A stretch of 64,000 nt of DNA from contig JAZLMO010000074.1 in NCBI GenBank assembly GCA_045598675.1, positions 1,819 to 65,818 on the forward strand, given 5' to 3'. Each line of letters starts with the position of its first letter. Position 1 is the stretch's first letter. This document shows, in pieces, positions 1-9,118 of this stretch. Source of the stretch: Sphaerochaetaceae bacterium. Lineage in GTDB: Bacteria > Spirochaetota > Spirochaetia > Sphaerochaetales > Sphaerochaetaceae. Made by a program: the position numbers and the translations under genes. The notes beneath the pieces are model-generated. The model was not told the DNA's origin. It searched no databases and was given only the letters and a program-made list of their open reading frames with translations.

Positions 1-1176
1 GATGTAGGGAAAGAGACATTAAGATCCTTATCCAGGGAAATATCAAGTCAAATTAAACCACCTTGTTGGTATCAAATAGAAGAAAAGATTTCATCAGAGG
101 GAAAAACATTTATTGAAGTTGAGTTTTCGGGAATGGATATGCCATATTCTGCTTTTGGAAGATATTATGAACGTTTTGCAGATGAAGATCGACTGTTGAA
201 TAATACTGAACTTGAACGGCTTTTCTTAAATAGACAACGTGATTATTCTGCATGGGAAAATACAGATTCTGAAGACAATTTGGACTCTGTTGATTCTTCT
301 TTGTTAAGAATTGAGTATGACAAAGGTCTTGAAGAGAAGAGAATTCACAGTCCATTTGTTGATAATAAAACAGCTTTAAGCAAATTAGGTTTACTATCAC
401 CCAGCAAAAATACTCTTAATAATGCAGGAAAGGTACTGTTTTCATCTCAAAAGCCAGTTACTGTAAAATTAGCAGTGTTTGCAACGGAGACAAAGTCTAC
501 ATTTTTAAAGCTTGAACACTTTCAGGGGAATGTGTATGAGTGTATCGAGGCTTCTATCAATCACATTTTTCAAAACATAGAATGGAATATTTCTTTTGAT
601 GGAAGCATAAAGCGTAACGAAGAGCCAGAGATTCCAAGGATTGCAATACGAGAAATAATTGTAAATGCCTTTGCTCATGGTTGTTACTTTGGTAATACAG
701 ATTTTGAAATTGATGTATTCAAAGATAGGGTTTCAATTTATAGTCCTGGACTTTTCCCATTAGGAATTTCTCCTGATGATTTCGCTAAAAAAGCACATGA
801 GCCTTTGGTAAGGAATCCAAAGATTATTAATGCACTTTTTATTACTGCTGAAATTGAATCTTTTGGGACTGGGTTTGAGAAGACATTTAGTGTCTGCAAT
901 GAGCAGGGAGTAAAATATCACTATGAAAACTCCATGAGCGGATTTAGGTTTATTTTTTACAGACCTCATGGACAAAAAAATGTCCATAAAATGTCCATGA
1001 TAGAAAAACAAATTTTCTCTCTGTTAGAGGAAGATGGAACGCTTACATTTGAAAAGATCAGTGCTAAGATTGGAAAAAGTGTAAAAACTGTTTATAGAGC
1101 GGTTAAATTATTAAAAGACCAAAACTACATTAAAAGAATTGGAAGTGAAAAAGATGGTTATTGGGAGGTACTATAA
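1..1176 (+). CDS. COG2865-type putative DNA-binding ATPase (AlbA_2/Schlafen-like + HATPase_c_4-like + C-terminal winged helix), 5'-truncated by the window edge
   Basis: Frame 1 is open from base 1 (DVGKETLRSL...GKTFIEVEFSG precedes the tracked Met at 133). It has an AlbA_2-like segment (GRYYERFADEDR), a central REIIVNAFAHGCY segment and a C-terminal HTH (ISAKIGKSVKTVYRAVKLLKDQNYIKRIG). Confidence 0.7.
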   Translation, partial: DVGKETLRSLSREISSQIKPPCWYQIEEKISSEGKTFIEVEFSGMDMPYSAFGRYYERFADEDRLLNNTELERLFLNRQRDYSAWENTDSEDNLDSVDSSLLRIEYDKGLEEKRIHSPFVDNKTALSKLGLLSPSKNTLNNAGKVLFSSQKPVTVKLAVFATETKSTFLKLEHFQGNVYECIEASINHIFQNIEWNISFDGSIKRNEEPEIPRIAIREIIVNAFAHGCYFGNTDFEIDVFKDRVSIYSPGLFPLGISPDDFAKKAHEPLVRNPKIINALFITAEIESFGTGFEKTFSVCNEQGVKYHYENSMSGFRFIFYRPHGQKNVHKMSMIEKQIFSLLEEDGTLTFEKISAKIGKSVKTVYRAVKLLKDQNYIKRIGSEKDGYWEVL

Positions 1177-1363
1177 TGGCAACTCGGAGCTGGGAAAAGG
1201 TGCTGACTTTGACACAGTCTTTGAAATACCAATTATCAAAGCTCCTGAGATTATTGCCATTCCAAAAGCCATTGTTCCTTTCAGTAAAAGAGATAAGGTA
1301 ACACCTTCAAGCTTTGCAATTTGTGATTATTACAGGCATAGAATAATAACGTCTGTAAAATGA
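1139..1363 (+). pseudogene. Possible remnant of a DUF4417-like gene (short ORF, no credible start context)
   Basis: The 74-aa ORF overlaps the upstream stop. The segment FEIPIIKAPEIIAIPKAIVPFSKRDKV...FAICDYY resembles DUF4417 N-terminal regions, but it is far too short for an intact gene. Confidence 0.2.
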
Positions 1364-1386
1364 CCATGCTTTGAAGTGGATAGAAT

Positions 1387-2073
1387 ATGTGCACAAGTAT
1401 TATATCAAACAGGAAGAAAACTATTGTCGGATGGAATCTGGACATCCTTGATATGGAGTATCGGGTAGTAAAAACCGATGCAGGGGTTTTTATAGAAATC
1501 AATGATGCAACGGAAGGATGGCTTCCGTTATTCGGTGCGAACAGAAGAGGTGACTTTGTTGGAATGCCTACCTGTTGGCCATTTGATGAAAGGAGCAATC
1601 CGGCCGGTTCGGGCAATAATGTAATCATGCTTGATATTGATCTTCTTTTGGAAAAGAAAACCCTTTGGGAAATCCGTTCAATCGCAGAAAAAGAACCGGT
1701 CTGCAGTGTTCCGGGTGTAACTTTCATGTCTTCGTTGTCTGATAAGAACGGCAATGTTCTGCATATCATTCCGGGGCAAGGGTACAAATATTATGAGAAA
1801 CCGGTCTATCAGGTGCTGACAAATTTCTCTCCGTTCAAGATGGACAGTGAAACACATCCGTGGATGGGTTGGGACAGATATCATATAGCAAAGAAAATGT
1901 TGGAGCAGGCGTCAGACGATTTTGACGTTAAAGATTGCTTTGCTATTCTGCAGAAGGTTTCCCAGGAAGTTTGTCCGACAGTTGTATCTATGGTTTTTGA
2001 TGTTACGGAAATGAAAGTGTACTGGTGCGAAAACCGAAAGTGGAATAACATACAGGAAAAGATTTTTTTATAG
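1387..2073 (+). CDS. Ntn-hydrolase, choloylglycine hydrolase / linear amide C-N hydrolase family (short form)
   Basis: The protein starts Met-Cys (MCTSII), giving an N-terminal nucleophile Cys after Met removal, with a family-like beta-rich body. At 228 aa it is shorter than typical members. Confidence 0.55.
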   Translation: MCTSIISNRKKTIVGWNLDILDMEYRVVKTDAGVFIEINDATEGWLPLFGANRRGDFVGMPTCWPFDERSNPAGSGNNVIMLDIDLLLEKKTLWEIRSIAEKEPVCSVPGVTFMSSLSDKNGNVLHIIPGQGYKYYEKPVYQVLTNFSPFKMDSETHPWMGWDRYHIAKKMLEQASDDFDVKDCFAILQKVSQEVCPTVVSMVFDVTEMKVYWCENRKWNNIQEKIFL

Positions 2074-2122
2074 GAGAGTGCTTTTTGATTAAGTACAACA
2101 CACTGGAGATTGTGGCATAACC

Positions 2123-2156
2123 GGGAGGTTGCGCATACAATCAAACACAACCTCCC
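2123..2156 (+). other. Stem-loop (9-bp GC-rich stem GGGAGGTTG/CAACCTCCC, 16-nt loop) between the hydrolase and GNAT genes
   Basis: Perfect inverted repeat read directly: 2123-2131 pairs with 2148-2156. There is no U-tract, so terminator function is uncertain. Confidence 0.3.
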
Positions 2157-2191
2157 AGTATTGCAGTCAACAATTTTCAGGAGGAAAAACA

Positions 2192-2827
2192 ATGAATGGA
2201 AATGACTATACAATTCGTTTAGAAAAGAAAGAGGATTACCGTGAGGTAGAAAATCTTGTAAGAGAGAGTTTTTGGAATGTTTACAGACCGGGATGTTTGG
2301 AACATTATGTGCTTAAATGCCTGAGAGATGACAAAGCCTTTGTTCCCGAGCTTGATTTTGTGATGGAAAAGGATGGCAGAATTATAGGTCAGAACGTCTT
2401 TGTCAGAACATTTATTAAAGCAGATGATGGCACAGACATTCCCATTATGACAATGGGGCCGATATGCATAACACCGGAAATTAAGCGAAAGGGATACGGA
2501 AAGATTCTGCTTGACTATTCGCTTGAAAAAGCTGAGGAACTTGGATGCGGTGCGGTCTGCTTTGAAGGGAATATTCTGTTCTATGGAAAGAGTGGATTCA
2601 CTTATGCAAGCGAATACGGTATTCGATATCACGGACTTGAGGAAGGAGAAGATGCATCATTCTTTCTTTGTAAAGAACTGATTCCCGGATATCTAGACGG
2701 CATTACCGGAGAATATGCAACTCCTAAGGGATATTTTGTCTGTGATGAAAAGCCTGATGAGTTTGCATCTTATGAAGCCACATTCCCTGAAAAAGAGAAA
2801 CTGAAGCTTCCCGGACAGCTGATATAA
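2192..2827 (+). CDS. GNAT family N-acetyltransferase (YhbS-like)
   Basis: ATG at 2192 is preceded by GGAGGA. The tracked ORF start at 2129 is a likely over-extension. The acetyl-CoA binding region (ITPEIKRKGYGKILLDY) is typical of GNAT. Confidence 0.8.
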   Translation: MNGNDYTIRLEKKEDYREVENLVRESFWNVYRPGCLEHYVLKCLRDDKAFVPELDFVMEKDGRIIGQNVFVRTFIKADDGTDIPIMTMGPICITPEIKRKGYGKILLDYSLEKAEELGCGAVCFEGNILFYGKSGFTYASEYGIRYHGLEEGEDASFFLCKELIPGYLDGITGEYATPKGYFVCDEKPDEFASYEATFPEKEKLKLPGQLI

Positions 2828-2834
2828 ACGGATA

Positions 2835-2869
2835 AATCGGCACATTGAAGATTTTTCGATGTGCCGATT
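2835..2869 (+). terminator. Putative terminator hairpin after the GNAT gene
   Basis: An 11-bp perfect stem AATCGGCACAT (2835-2845) / ATGTGCCGATT (2859-2869) lies 8 bp after the stop codon. The trailing U-tract is weak. Confidence 0.45.
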
Positions 2870-2915
2870 ATGTAATCCGGATGCGTACATGAATTGTTTA
2901 TGATAGATTAATAAT

Positions 2916-3653
2916 ATGCTTGGAACAAATGACTGTAATAAAGATTTAAATCTCAACATCGATGATATTTCAGCAGGCATAGAAAACAAACTTTTTGAAT
3001 TGCAGGATAAGGAATATGCACTGTTTCAAAGTAAGCTTACTCCTACAGTAAATCCGGAGCTTTTCATAGGTGTAAGAGTTCCGAAATGCCGTGAGCTTGC
3101 AAAAGAGCTTTACAAAAACAATTTCTTGGAAGTAAAGCATTTTATTAATATGCTGCCGCATAAGTATTATGACGAGAATATGCTTCACGGATTACTCATT
3201 TCAGAGATGAAAGATTTTAATCAGTGTCTGGCAGAACTTGAAAAATTCCTACCTTATGTGGACAACTGGGCTGTTTGTGACATAATGTCGCCCAAGTGCT
3301 TTAAAAAACATAAAACAGAGCTTTTGGATGCTGTTTTGGGTTGGGTGAAATCTTCAGAGGAGTATACAATTCGTTTTGGGCTGGAAATGCTCATGACTCA
3401 TTATCTGGATGATGATTTTAATCCAGAATACCTGAAAATCCCGGCTGAAGTTCAATCTGATAAATACTATGTTAATATGATGATAGCTTGGTTCTTTGCT
3501 ACTGCGTTGACTAAACAATGGGACAGCACAATCGGATATATTGAGAAAAACGTTCTGAGTACTTGGGTTCACAACAAGACAATACAAAAGGCTCGTGAAA
3601 GTTTCAGAATTTCCGACGAACAAAAGCAATATCTATCTGAATTAAAGAGATAA
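2916..3653 (+). CDS. DNA alkylation repair protein (AlkD/AlkC-like HEAT-repeat family)
   Basis: Family-typical segments are present: LQDKEYALFQSKL...IGVRVPKCRELAKE...PYVDNWAVCD...YVNMMIAWFFA...IQKARESFRIS. Confidence 0.75.
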   Translation: MLGTNDCNKDLNLNIDDISAGIENKLFELQDKEYALFQSKLTPTVNPELFIGVRVPKCRELAKELYKNNFLEVKHFINMLPHKYYDENMLHGLLISEMKDFNQCLAELEKFLPYVDNWAVCDIMSPKCFKKHKTELLDAVLGWVKSSEEYTIRFGLEMLMTHYLDDDFNPEYLKIPAEVQSDKYYVNMMIAWFFATALTKQWDSTIGYIEKNVLSTWVHNKTIQKARESFRISDEQKQYLSELKR

Positions 3654-3702
3654 AGACTGCGTATATTTAATTAGGACAGTTTTTTTGATAGGATACAACA
3701 AT

Positions 3703-4392
3703 ATGAGATATGGAATAATTGCTGCTTTGGAATTTGAAGGGCAACTCTTTAAGGAAGAAATGGAAAACGTAAAGGAGTTTACCATTTTGAATAAACCTGC
3801 ATATTCGGGAATTATAGGGAAAAACGAAGTTGTTGTGATGCAGTGCGGAATTGGAAAAGTATCAGCAAGTATAGGTGCTCAGGTTATGTTCAGTGAATAT
3901 CATCCGGATTTTGTAATCAACACCGGATGCGCCGGTGCTCTGAATCCGGATCTTGCAATAGGTGATGTTGTTATATCTCAAAGTGTTGTTGAATGGGATC
4001 TTGATTTAAGACAGTTGGGTTATCCTCTTGGTTATATTGATGCATTGGGTTGTGTGGAAATGTTTGCTGATGCAAAGTTGAATAAAATGATCAATGATGC
4101 AAGATCGGACGGAGTAAATGTATTCAACGGAATGATTGTTTCCGGTGATCAGTTTGTATCAACCCCCGGACAACGTGAACATATTTTAAAGAATTTTCCC
4201 AAAGCGTTATGTGCAGAAATGGAAGGCGCAGCCATAGGGCATGTCTGTATTCAGAATAATATTCCTTTCTGTATTATCAGGACCATGTCCGATACGGCAA
4301 GCGGGGACAGCGGTGTTGAGTTTACAACTTTTGCCCCGCAGGCAAGCCGCAAATCTGCATCATGGCTTATCAAGATGCTGAAGGAAAACTGA
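3703..4392 (+). CDS. mtnN: 5'-methylthioadenosine/S-adenosylhomocysteine nucleosidase
   Basis: MRYGIIAALEFE start, MQCGIGKVSA, CAEMEGAAIGHVC and IRTMSD motifs. ATG at 3703 is preferred over the upstream TTG at 3685. Confidence 0.9.
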   Translation: MRYGIIAALEFEGQLFKEEMENVKEFTILNKPAYSGIIGKNEVVVMQCGIGKVSASIGAQVMFSEYHPDFVINTGCAGALNPDLAIGDVVISQSVVEWDLDLRQLGYPLGYIDALGCVEMFADAKLNKMINDARSDGVNVFNGMIVSGDQFVSTPGQREHILKNFPKALCAEMEGAAIGHVCIQNNIPFCIIRTMSDTASGDSGVEFTTFAPQASRKSASWLIKMLKEN

Positions 4393-4393
4393 A

Positions 4394-4861
4394 ATGAGAA
4401 GAAAAGACAGAGAAGTAACAGATAAGGATACAATTGAATATATCCTTGAGAAATGCAAAGTCCTGCACTTGGGTTTGACAGATGAAGGTAATCCGTACAT
4501 TGTACCCATGAATTTCGGGTATGAATATACAGATGGAAAGTTAACAATATATGTACATTGTGCATTGGAAGGAAGAAAAACAGATATTCTTAAAAAGAAC
4601 AATTCCTGTTGTGTTCAGATGGAATGTGAAACAAAGTTGATTGAAGGAGCGGTTGCCTGTAAATACGGATACAGTTTTTATTCGCTTGAAGGATTCGGGA
4701 AAGCCGGTATCATTGATGATCCTGCAGAAAAGATAGAAGCACTTCAATTGTTGATGAAACATCAGACCGGAAAGGATTTCAGTTTTACTGCTGATATGGT
4801 TGAGCAGGTAAAGGTCATCAGAATAGACTGTGATTATTACACAGCAAAACATAGGGATTAG
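4394..4861 (+). CDS. Pyridoxamine 5'-phosphate oxidase family (FMN-binding split barrel, Nim-like) protein
   Basis: MRRKDREVTDKDTIEYILEKCKVLHLGL...PYIVPMNFGY is the typical N-terminus of Pyridox_ox_2 proteins. The start is 1 nt after the mtnN stop. Confidence 0.75.
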   Translation: MRRKDREVTDKDTIEYILEKCKVLHLGLTDEGNPYIVPMNFGYEYTDGKLTIYVHCALEGRKTDILKKNNSCCVQMECETKLIEGAVACKYGYSFYSLEGFGKAGIIDDPAEKIEALQLLMKHQTGKDFSFTADMVEQVKVIRIDCDYYTAKHRD

Positions 4862-4866
4862 AAAAT

Positions 4867-5274
4867 ATGACAAAGACAATCAAAGATTATTACATCAACG
4901 AAAATTTCAACTGTGCAGAAGCCACAATCAGGGCAGCAAATGATTTTTATGAACTGAAAATGTCAGACGAAGAAATGAAACTGATTGCAGGATTCGGAGG
5001 CGGAATGGGATGCGGACTTGTCTGCGGATGTCTTACAGCTGACATTGCAGTTTTGAGCAAACTGTTTGTAAAAGAAAAAGCACATGAATCCGACAGAATA
5101 AAAAAACTGTGCAGCCTGTTTATCTCTGAGTTTGAAAAGAAATTCGGAAACCTGAATTGCAGTGAATTAAAAACAACGTGCTCCGAACCTGAAACACGTT
5201 GCTTAAAACTTATCGAATCCAATTTTGAATTACTGAAAGAATTTATCAAAGCCGCTCAGAAATCAATGTTCTGA
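4867..5274 (+). CDS. C_GCAxxG_C_C family putative redox protein
   Basis: Signature cysteines are present: NCAEAT...GGGMGCGLVCGCLT...CSELK...C. Confidence 0.8.
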   Translation: MTKTIKDYYINENFNCAEATIRAANDFYELKMSDEEMKLIAGFGGGMGCGLVCGCLTADIAVLSKLFVKEKAHESDRIKKLCSLFISEFEKKFGNLNCSELKTTCSEPETRCLKLIESNFELLKEFIKAAQKSMF

Positions 5275-6413
5275 TCCAGGCTGTCTGCAATACTCTTTTT
5301 ATCCATCTCTGTTCCTATGATGCAGAATCTTATGATGCGGTCTCCAACTTCAGGATCCCAGTCTTTGAGAACATCAGGATTTGCAGCAAGGATTTCTTCT
5401 CTCTCGGATTTAGGTGCGCCGGCAATCCATTTGCCATATGGAGTGCAGTACAACTGTCTTCCGGAAGTTTCGAACAGATAGGCCATTCCGGGTTCATCAC
5501 TGAACCAGCAGACGCCCTTGCACCTTATGATATTCTCAGGCCATGTCTTGACAAACTTTCTGAGTTTAGCACGGTTGAAAGGACGCCTTCTTGTATAAAT
5601 GAAAGTACCGATTCCGTATTCGTCTTCATCCGAACCTTCTTCCTTGTGAACGTGATGATGTTCATCGTGTTCATCATAATCGTCATCATCTTCTCCGTTT
5701 TCTGCTTCTTCAAGAGCTTTGCACCAACCGGCGGAAGTATAGACTTTTTCAAAATCAAAAGATGAGGTTGAGAGAATATCCGATACTTCAACATTACCGT
5801 GGTCTGTTTCAATAACTTTTACTCCGGGGTGAAGTGCTTCAATGACTTTTCTGACTTTATTCAGCTGCTCTTCAGTTACAAGATCTGTCTTGTTGATTAC
5901 AAGAGTTGAGCAGAATTCAATCTGCTGAATCAGAAGACTTTCTATATCGTCTTCTTTGATATCATCTTTTCTGAGGAGCTTTTCCCCACCGGCAAACTCT
6001 TCTGCAAGACGGGCAGCATCAACAACTCCTACAACATTATCAAGTTTTCCGTTCTGTACAAGCTCAAGTTCCTGCGCAATGGGCATAGGTTCGCAGACTC
6101 CTGACGCCTCAATCATGATGTAGTCATATCGTCCGCTTTTAATCAGCTTCTCGATGTTCTTTGCCATCTGACTTTTAAGTGTGCAGCAAATACAACCGTT
6201 AGTCAGTGGTACGATATCACTTGTATCCGTAATATTACCACCTTTGGCAATCAGTGAAGCATCTACGTTTACTTCTCCGATATCATTTACTATTACTGCA
6301 ACCTTATAGCCGTTCTGATTATTCAGAACCTTGTTAAGAAGCGTTGTTTTTCCTGCTCCCAGATATCCGCAGAGCAATGTGATAGGTGTCTTACCTTTCA
6401 TAGTATTTTCCAA
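5256..6413 (-). CDS. COG0523 (CobW/YjiA/ZigA-type) metallochaperone GTPase with acidic/His-rich insert
   Basis: P-loop GYLGAGKTTLLN, CxCC metal motif GCICCTL, NKTD, a His/Asp/Glu-rich stretch DDDDYDEHDEHHHVHKEEGSDEDE, and a CobW_C-like end. Confidence 0.85.
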   Translation of the reverse strand: MENTMKGKTPITLLCGYLGAGKTTLLNKVLNNQNGYKVAVIVNDIGEVNVDASLIAKGGNITDTSDIVPLTNGCICCTLKSQMAKNIEKLIKSGRYDYIMIEASGVCEPMPIAQELELVQNGKLDNVVGVVDAARLAEEFAGGEKLLRKDDIKEDDIESLLIQQIEFCSTLVINKTDLVTEEQLNKVRKVIEALHPGVKVIETDHGNVEVSDILSTSSFDFEKVYTSAGWCKALEEAENGEDDDDYDEHDEHHHVHKEEGSDEDEYGIGTFIYTRRRPFNRAKLRKFVKTWPENIIRCKGVCWFSDEPGMAYLFETSGRQLYCTPYGKWIAGAPKSEREEILAANPDVLKDWDPEVGDRIIRFCIIGTEMDKKSIADSLDQNIDF

Positions 6414-6419
6414 ACCCTC

Positions 6420-7610
6420 CTAGTACTTGTTTGCTTTAGAGTAAATGCGGAACATGTCTTCTTCTTTGAGAACCTGGAAATTTCCCAATGTTTTCTTGCC
6501 TTTTGCACTTGCTTTTTCTGCAAGAGCATGAATGTCATCTACATTGAGATTCAGACCGAGCTGATGCAGACCGATTGGCATTCCCATCTTCCTGAAAGTT
6601 TTTTCAAAAGCCTTGATTGTCTTCTTTGCTGCCTTTCTCCTGTTGTTGCATTTGATGGAGAAAACCTTTTCGCCAAGCCATGCAAAACGGTCATAGTTGT
6701 TATGGGCAACATATCTTGCCCAGCTTCCCCAGATGGCAGAAAGACCTGCTCCGTGTGCTACATCGTAAAGAGCGGAAAGTTCATGTTCAAGTCTATGACA
6801 GGCCCAATCTCCTCTGTTGGGAGAACCGAAGTGGTTGAAGTCATTATGCGAAACCGAACCGGCCCACATGAGATTTGCACGGGCATCGTAATTATCCGGC
6901 TGTTTAAGTGCAATCAGAGCATTATCGATGACATTTCTTATCAGTGTTGCGCAATACAAGTCAGTAAGCTCAAGTGCATAACCCTGATGGAAGAAACGTT
7001 CCAATGTGTGCATGATGATATCAACGCTGCCGCTTCCTGTCTGATATTTGGAAACAGTGTAGGTGAGTTCAGGATTCATGAACGCATACTTACATCTGAT
7101 GAGCTCGGAATTCAGACCCGTTTTGTCATAAGGTGTAATCTCATCATTTGTAATAACAGAAGAGTTGCTCATTTCACTGCCTGTGGCAGAAAGAGTAAGA
7201 ACAACTCCTACCGGAATAATCCCGGAAGGTTCTGCTTTATGGGTGTAAATATCCCAGATGTCACAGTCATTGGCTATTCCCAACGCTATTGCCTTTGCAC
7301 TGTCAAGGGCAGATCCTCCTCCTACAGCCAGAACAAAATCAACGTTTTTTCTTTTCCCCAGAGTAATCCCTTTTCTTACAAGTGACAGTCTAGGATTGGG
7401 TTGGGCTCCGCCTAACTCAATAAATTTGATTTTATTTTCCGTAAGGGTCTTTTCAACTCTTTCGAGTAAGCCGCTTTTTACAACTGAACCCGAACCGTAA
7501 TGAATCAAAACTTTTTTTACTCCGGCTTCATGTAGAACCTTTCCTGTTTCAAGTTCAGCATCTTTACCGAAAAAAACATGTGTAGGTGCACAGTATTCAG
7601 AAATAGCCAT
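6420..7610 (-). CDS. Iron-containing (group III) alcohol dehydrogenase, butanol dehydrogenase/YqhD-like
   Basis: GGGSALDSAKAIA NAD(P)-binding motif and His-rich metal site (HxxxH region HRLEHELSALYDVAHGAG). ATG at 7610 is preceded by GAGGTG. The tracked start at 7649 is a likely over-extension. Confidence 0.88.
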   Translation of the reverse strand: MAISEYCAPTHVFFGKDAELETGKVLHEAGVKKVLIHYGSGSVVKSGLLERVEKTLTENKIKFIELGGAQPNPRLSLVRKGITLGKRKNVDFVLAVGGGSALDSAKAIALGIANDCDIWDIYTHKAEPSGIIPVGVVLTLSATGSEMSNSSVITNDEITPYDKTGLNSELIRCKYAFMNPELTYTVSKYQTGSGSVDIIMHTLERFFHQGYALELTDLYCATLIRNVIDNALIALKQPDNYDARANLMWAGSVSHNDFNHFGSPNRGDWACHRLEHELSALYDVAHGAGLSAIWGSWARYVAHNNYDRFAWLGEKVFSIKCNNRRKAAKKTIKAFEKTFRKMGMPIGLHQLGLNLNVDDIHALAEKASAKGKKTLGNFQVLKEEDMFRIYSKANKY

Positions 7611-7660
7611 ATTATCACCTCGTTTATAAAGTAATAAAAAGTATATCACTAAAAAAGTGA

Positions 7661-9070
7661 TTGAAAAATCTTAAAAAAGACAATAAATTGCCTTTTGTGC
7701 ATAAACTGATAGGTGACAGAAAATTCTATAAAACGGTTCTTCTCATTGCGGTTCCGATTATGATTCATAACGGTATTACAAACTTTGTAAACTTTTTGGA
7801 TAACATAATGGTAGGCAGAACCGGAACGGAACAGATGTCAGGAGTTTCAATTGTCAATCAGTTGATATTTGTTTATGACCTCTGTATTTTCGGAGGTTTT
7901 TCAGGAGCCGGTATTTTTACGGCACAGTACAACGGCATGGGTGATAATGACGGAATTAGGGCAACCTGCCGTTTTAAACTGGTTCTTGGAGCTATTGTAA
8001 CTCTTGTTGCATTTGCTGTTTTTCTTCCGTTCGGAAGCAGGCTCATTTCTTTGTATCTTAATGAAGGCTCTGAAGGAGATTTGAAAAAGACCCTTCAGTT
8101 CGGACAGACATATCTGAAGATAATCGTCTGGGGACTACCTCTTTACATGATTGTACAGGCCTATGGCAGTACACTCCGTGAATGCGGTGAGACTTTTGTT
8201 CCCATGTATGCCGGAGTTGCAGCCGTAATTGTCAATCTTGTATTCAATTACTTTCTGATTTACGGCAAATGCGGATTTCCGGAGATGGGAGTATCAGGTG
8301 CAGCGGTTGCAACAAACCTGTCGCGAATTATTGAAGCCTTAATAATTTTAATTTGGGCAAGAAACCATACGGAGAAATTTCCTTTTATCAAAAATCTTCT
8401 CAAAACCATGAGAATACCTAAGAGTACGTCAAAACAGATTATCAAGGTAGGTTCACCGCTATTACTTAATGAAACACTCTGGTCTGCAGGTATGGCAATG
8501 CTTACCCAGTGTTATTCTATGAGAGGTTTGGATTCTGTTGCAGGGTTCAACATATCTGCTACTGTAATCAATGTTTTCAAAGTTGTATTTCTTGCCATGG
8601 GAAATTCCGTGGGAATAATAGTAGGTAAACTGTTGGGTGCGGGAAAGATGGAAGATGCAGTTGACACAGACAGAAAGCTCATAGCTTTTTCCGTATTCAT
8701 CTGTATTTTTGTAGGTGCGCTTCTGTATGTTCTGGCACCTTTGTTCCCTGAGATTTACAACACCTCCGACAATGCAAGATTGATAGCAACGCAGGCTATC
8801 AGAATCGGGGCTGTATTCATGTTTGTCGATGCTTACAAAAATGCAACTTATTTTACAATGAGAGCCGGAGGAAGAACATGGGTTACATTTTTCTTTGATT
8901 CGTGTTTTGTCTGGGTCATCAATGTTCCTCTTGCGTTCATTCTGAGCAGATTTACTGATTTTTCATCAGTACAGATTTTCCTTGCAGTATGTCTGAGCGA
9001 TTTCATAAAAGTCATTGTGAGTACAATACTTGTGGAAAAGAAAGTATGGCTTAGAAATATAGTCGTATAA
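7661..9070 (+). CDS. MATE family efflux transporter
   Basis: Polytopic 469-aa protein with a MATE N-terminal signature (LLIAVPIMIHNGITNFVNFLDNIMVGRTG). TTG start. Confidence 0.85.
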   Translation: MKNLKKDNKLPFVHKLIGDRKFYKTVLLIAVPIMIHNGITNFVNFLDNIMVGRTGTEQMSGVSIVNQLIFVYDLCIFGGFSGAGIFTAQYNGMGDNDGIRATCRFKLVLGAIVTLVAFAVFLPFGSRLISLYLNEGSEGDLKKTLQFGQTYLKIIVWGLPLYMIVQAYGSTLRECGETFVPMYAGVAAVIVNLVFNYFLIYGKCGFPEMGVSGAAVATNLSRIIEALIILIWARNHTEKFPFIKNLLKTMRIPKSTSKQIIKVGSPLLLNETLWSAGMAMLTQCYSMRGLDSVAGFNISATVINVFKVVFLAMGNSVGIIVGKLLGAGKMEDAVDTDRKLIAFSVFICIFVGALLYVLAPLFPEIYNTSDNARLIATQAIRIGAVFMFVDAYKNATYFTMRAGGRTWVTFFFDSCFVWVINVPLAFILSRFTDFSSVQIFLAVCLSDFIKVIVSTILVEKKVWLRNIVV

Positions 9071-9118
9071 AATCAGAATATTACATTTTCTTATTTATAT
9101 GATATATTTGGAAATGTT

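Noticed and set aside
6528-7385. 285-aa + strand ORF
   Set aside because: It lies entirely antisense within the well-supported Fe-ADH gene and has a low-complexity, Cys-rich composition. It is a typical shadow ORF. The same reasoning applies to other antisense track ORFs, for example 1281-1787, 2219-2632, 40388-40879, 52483-52872, 53632-54093 and 59378-59872.
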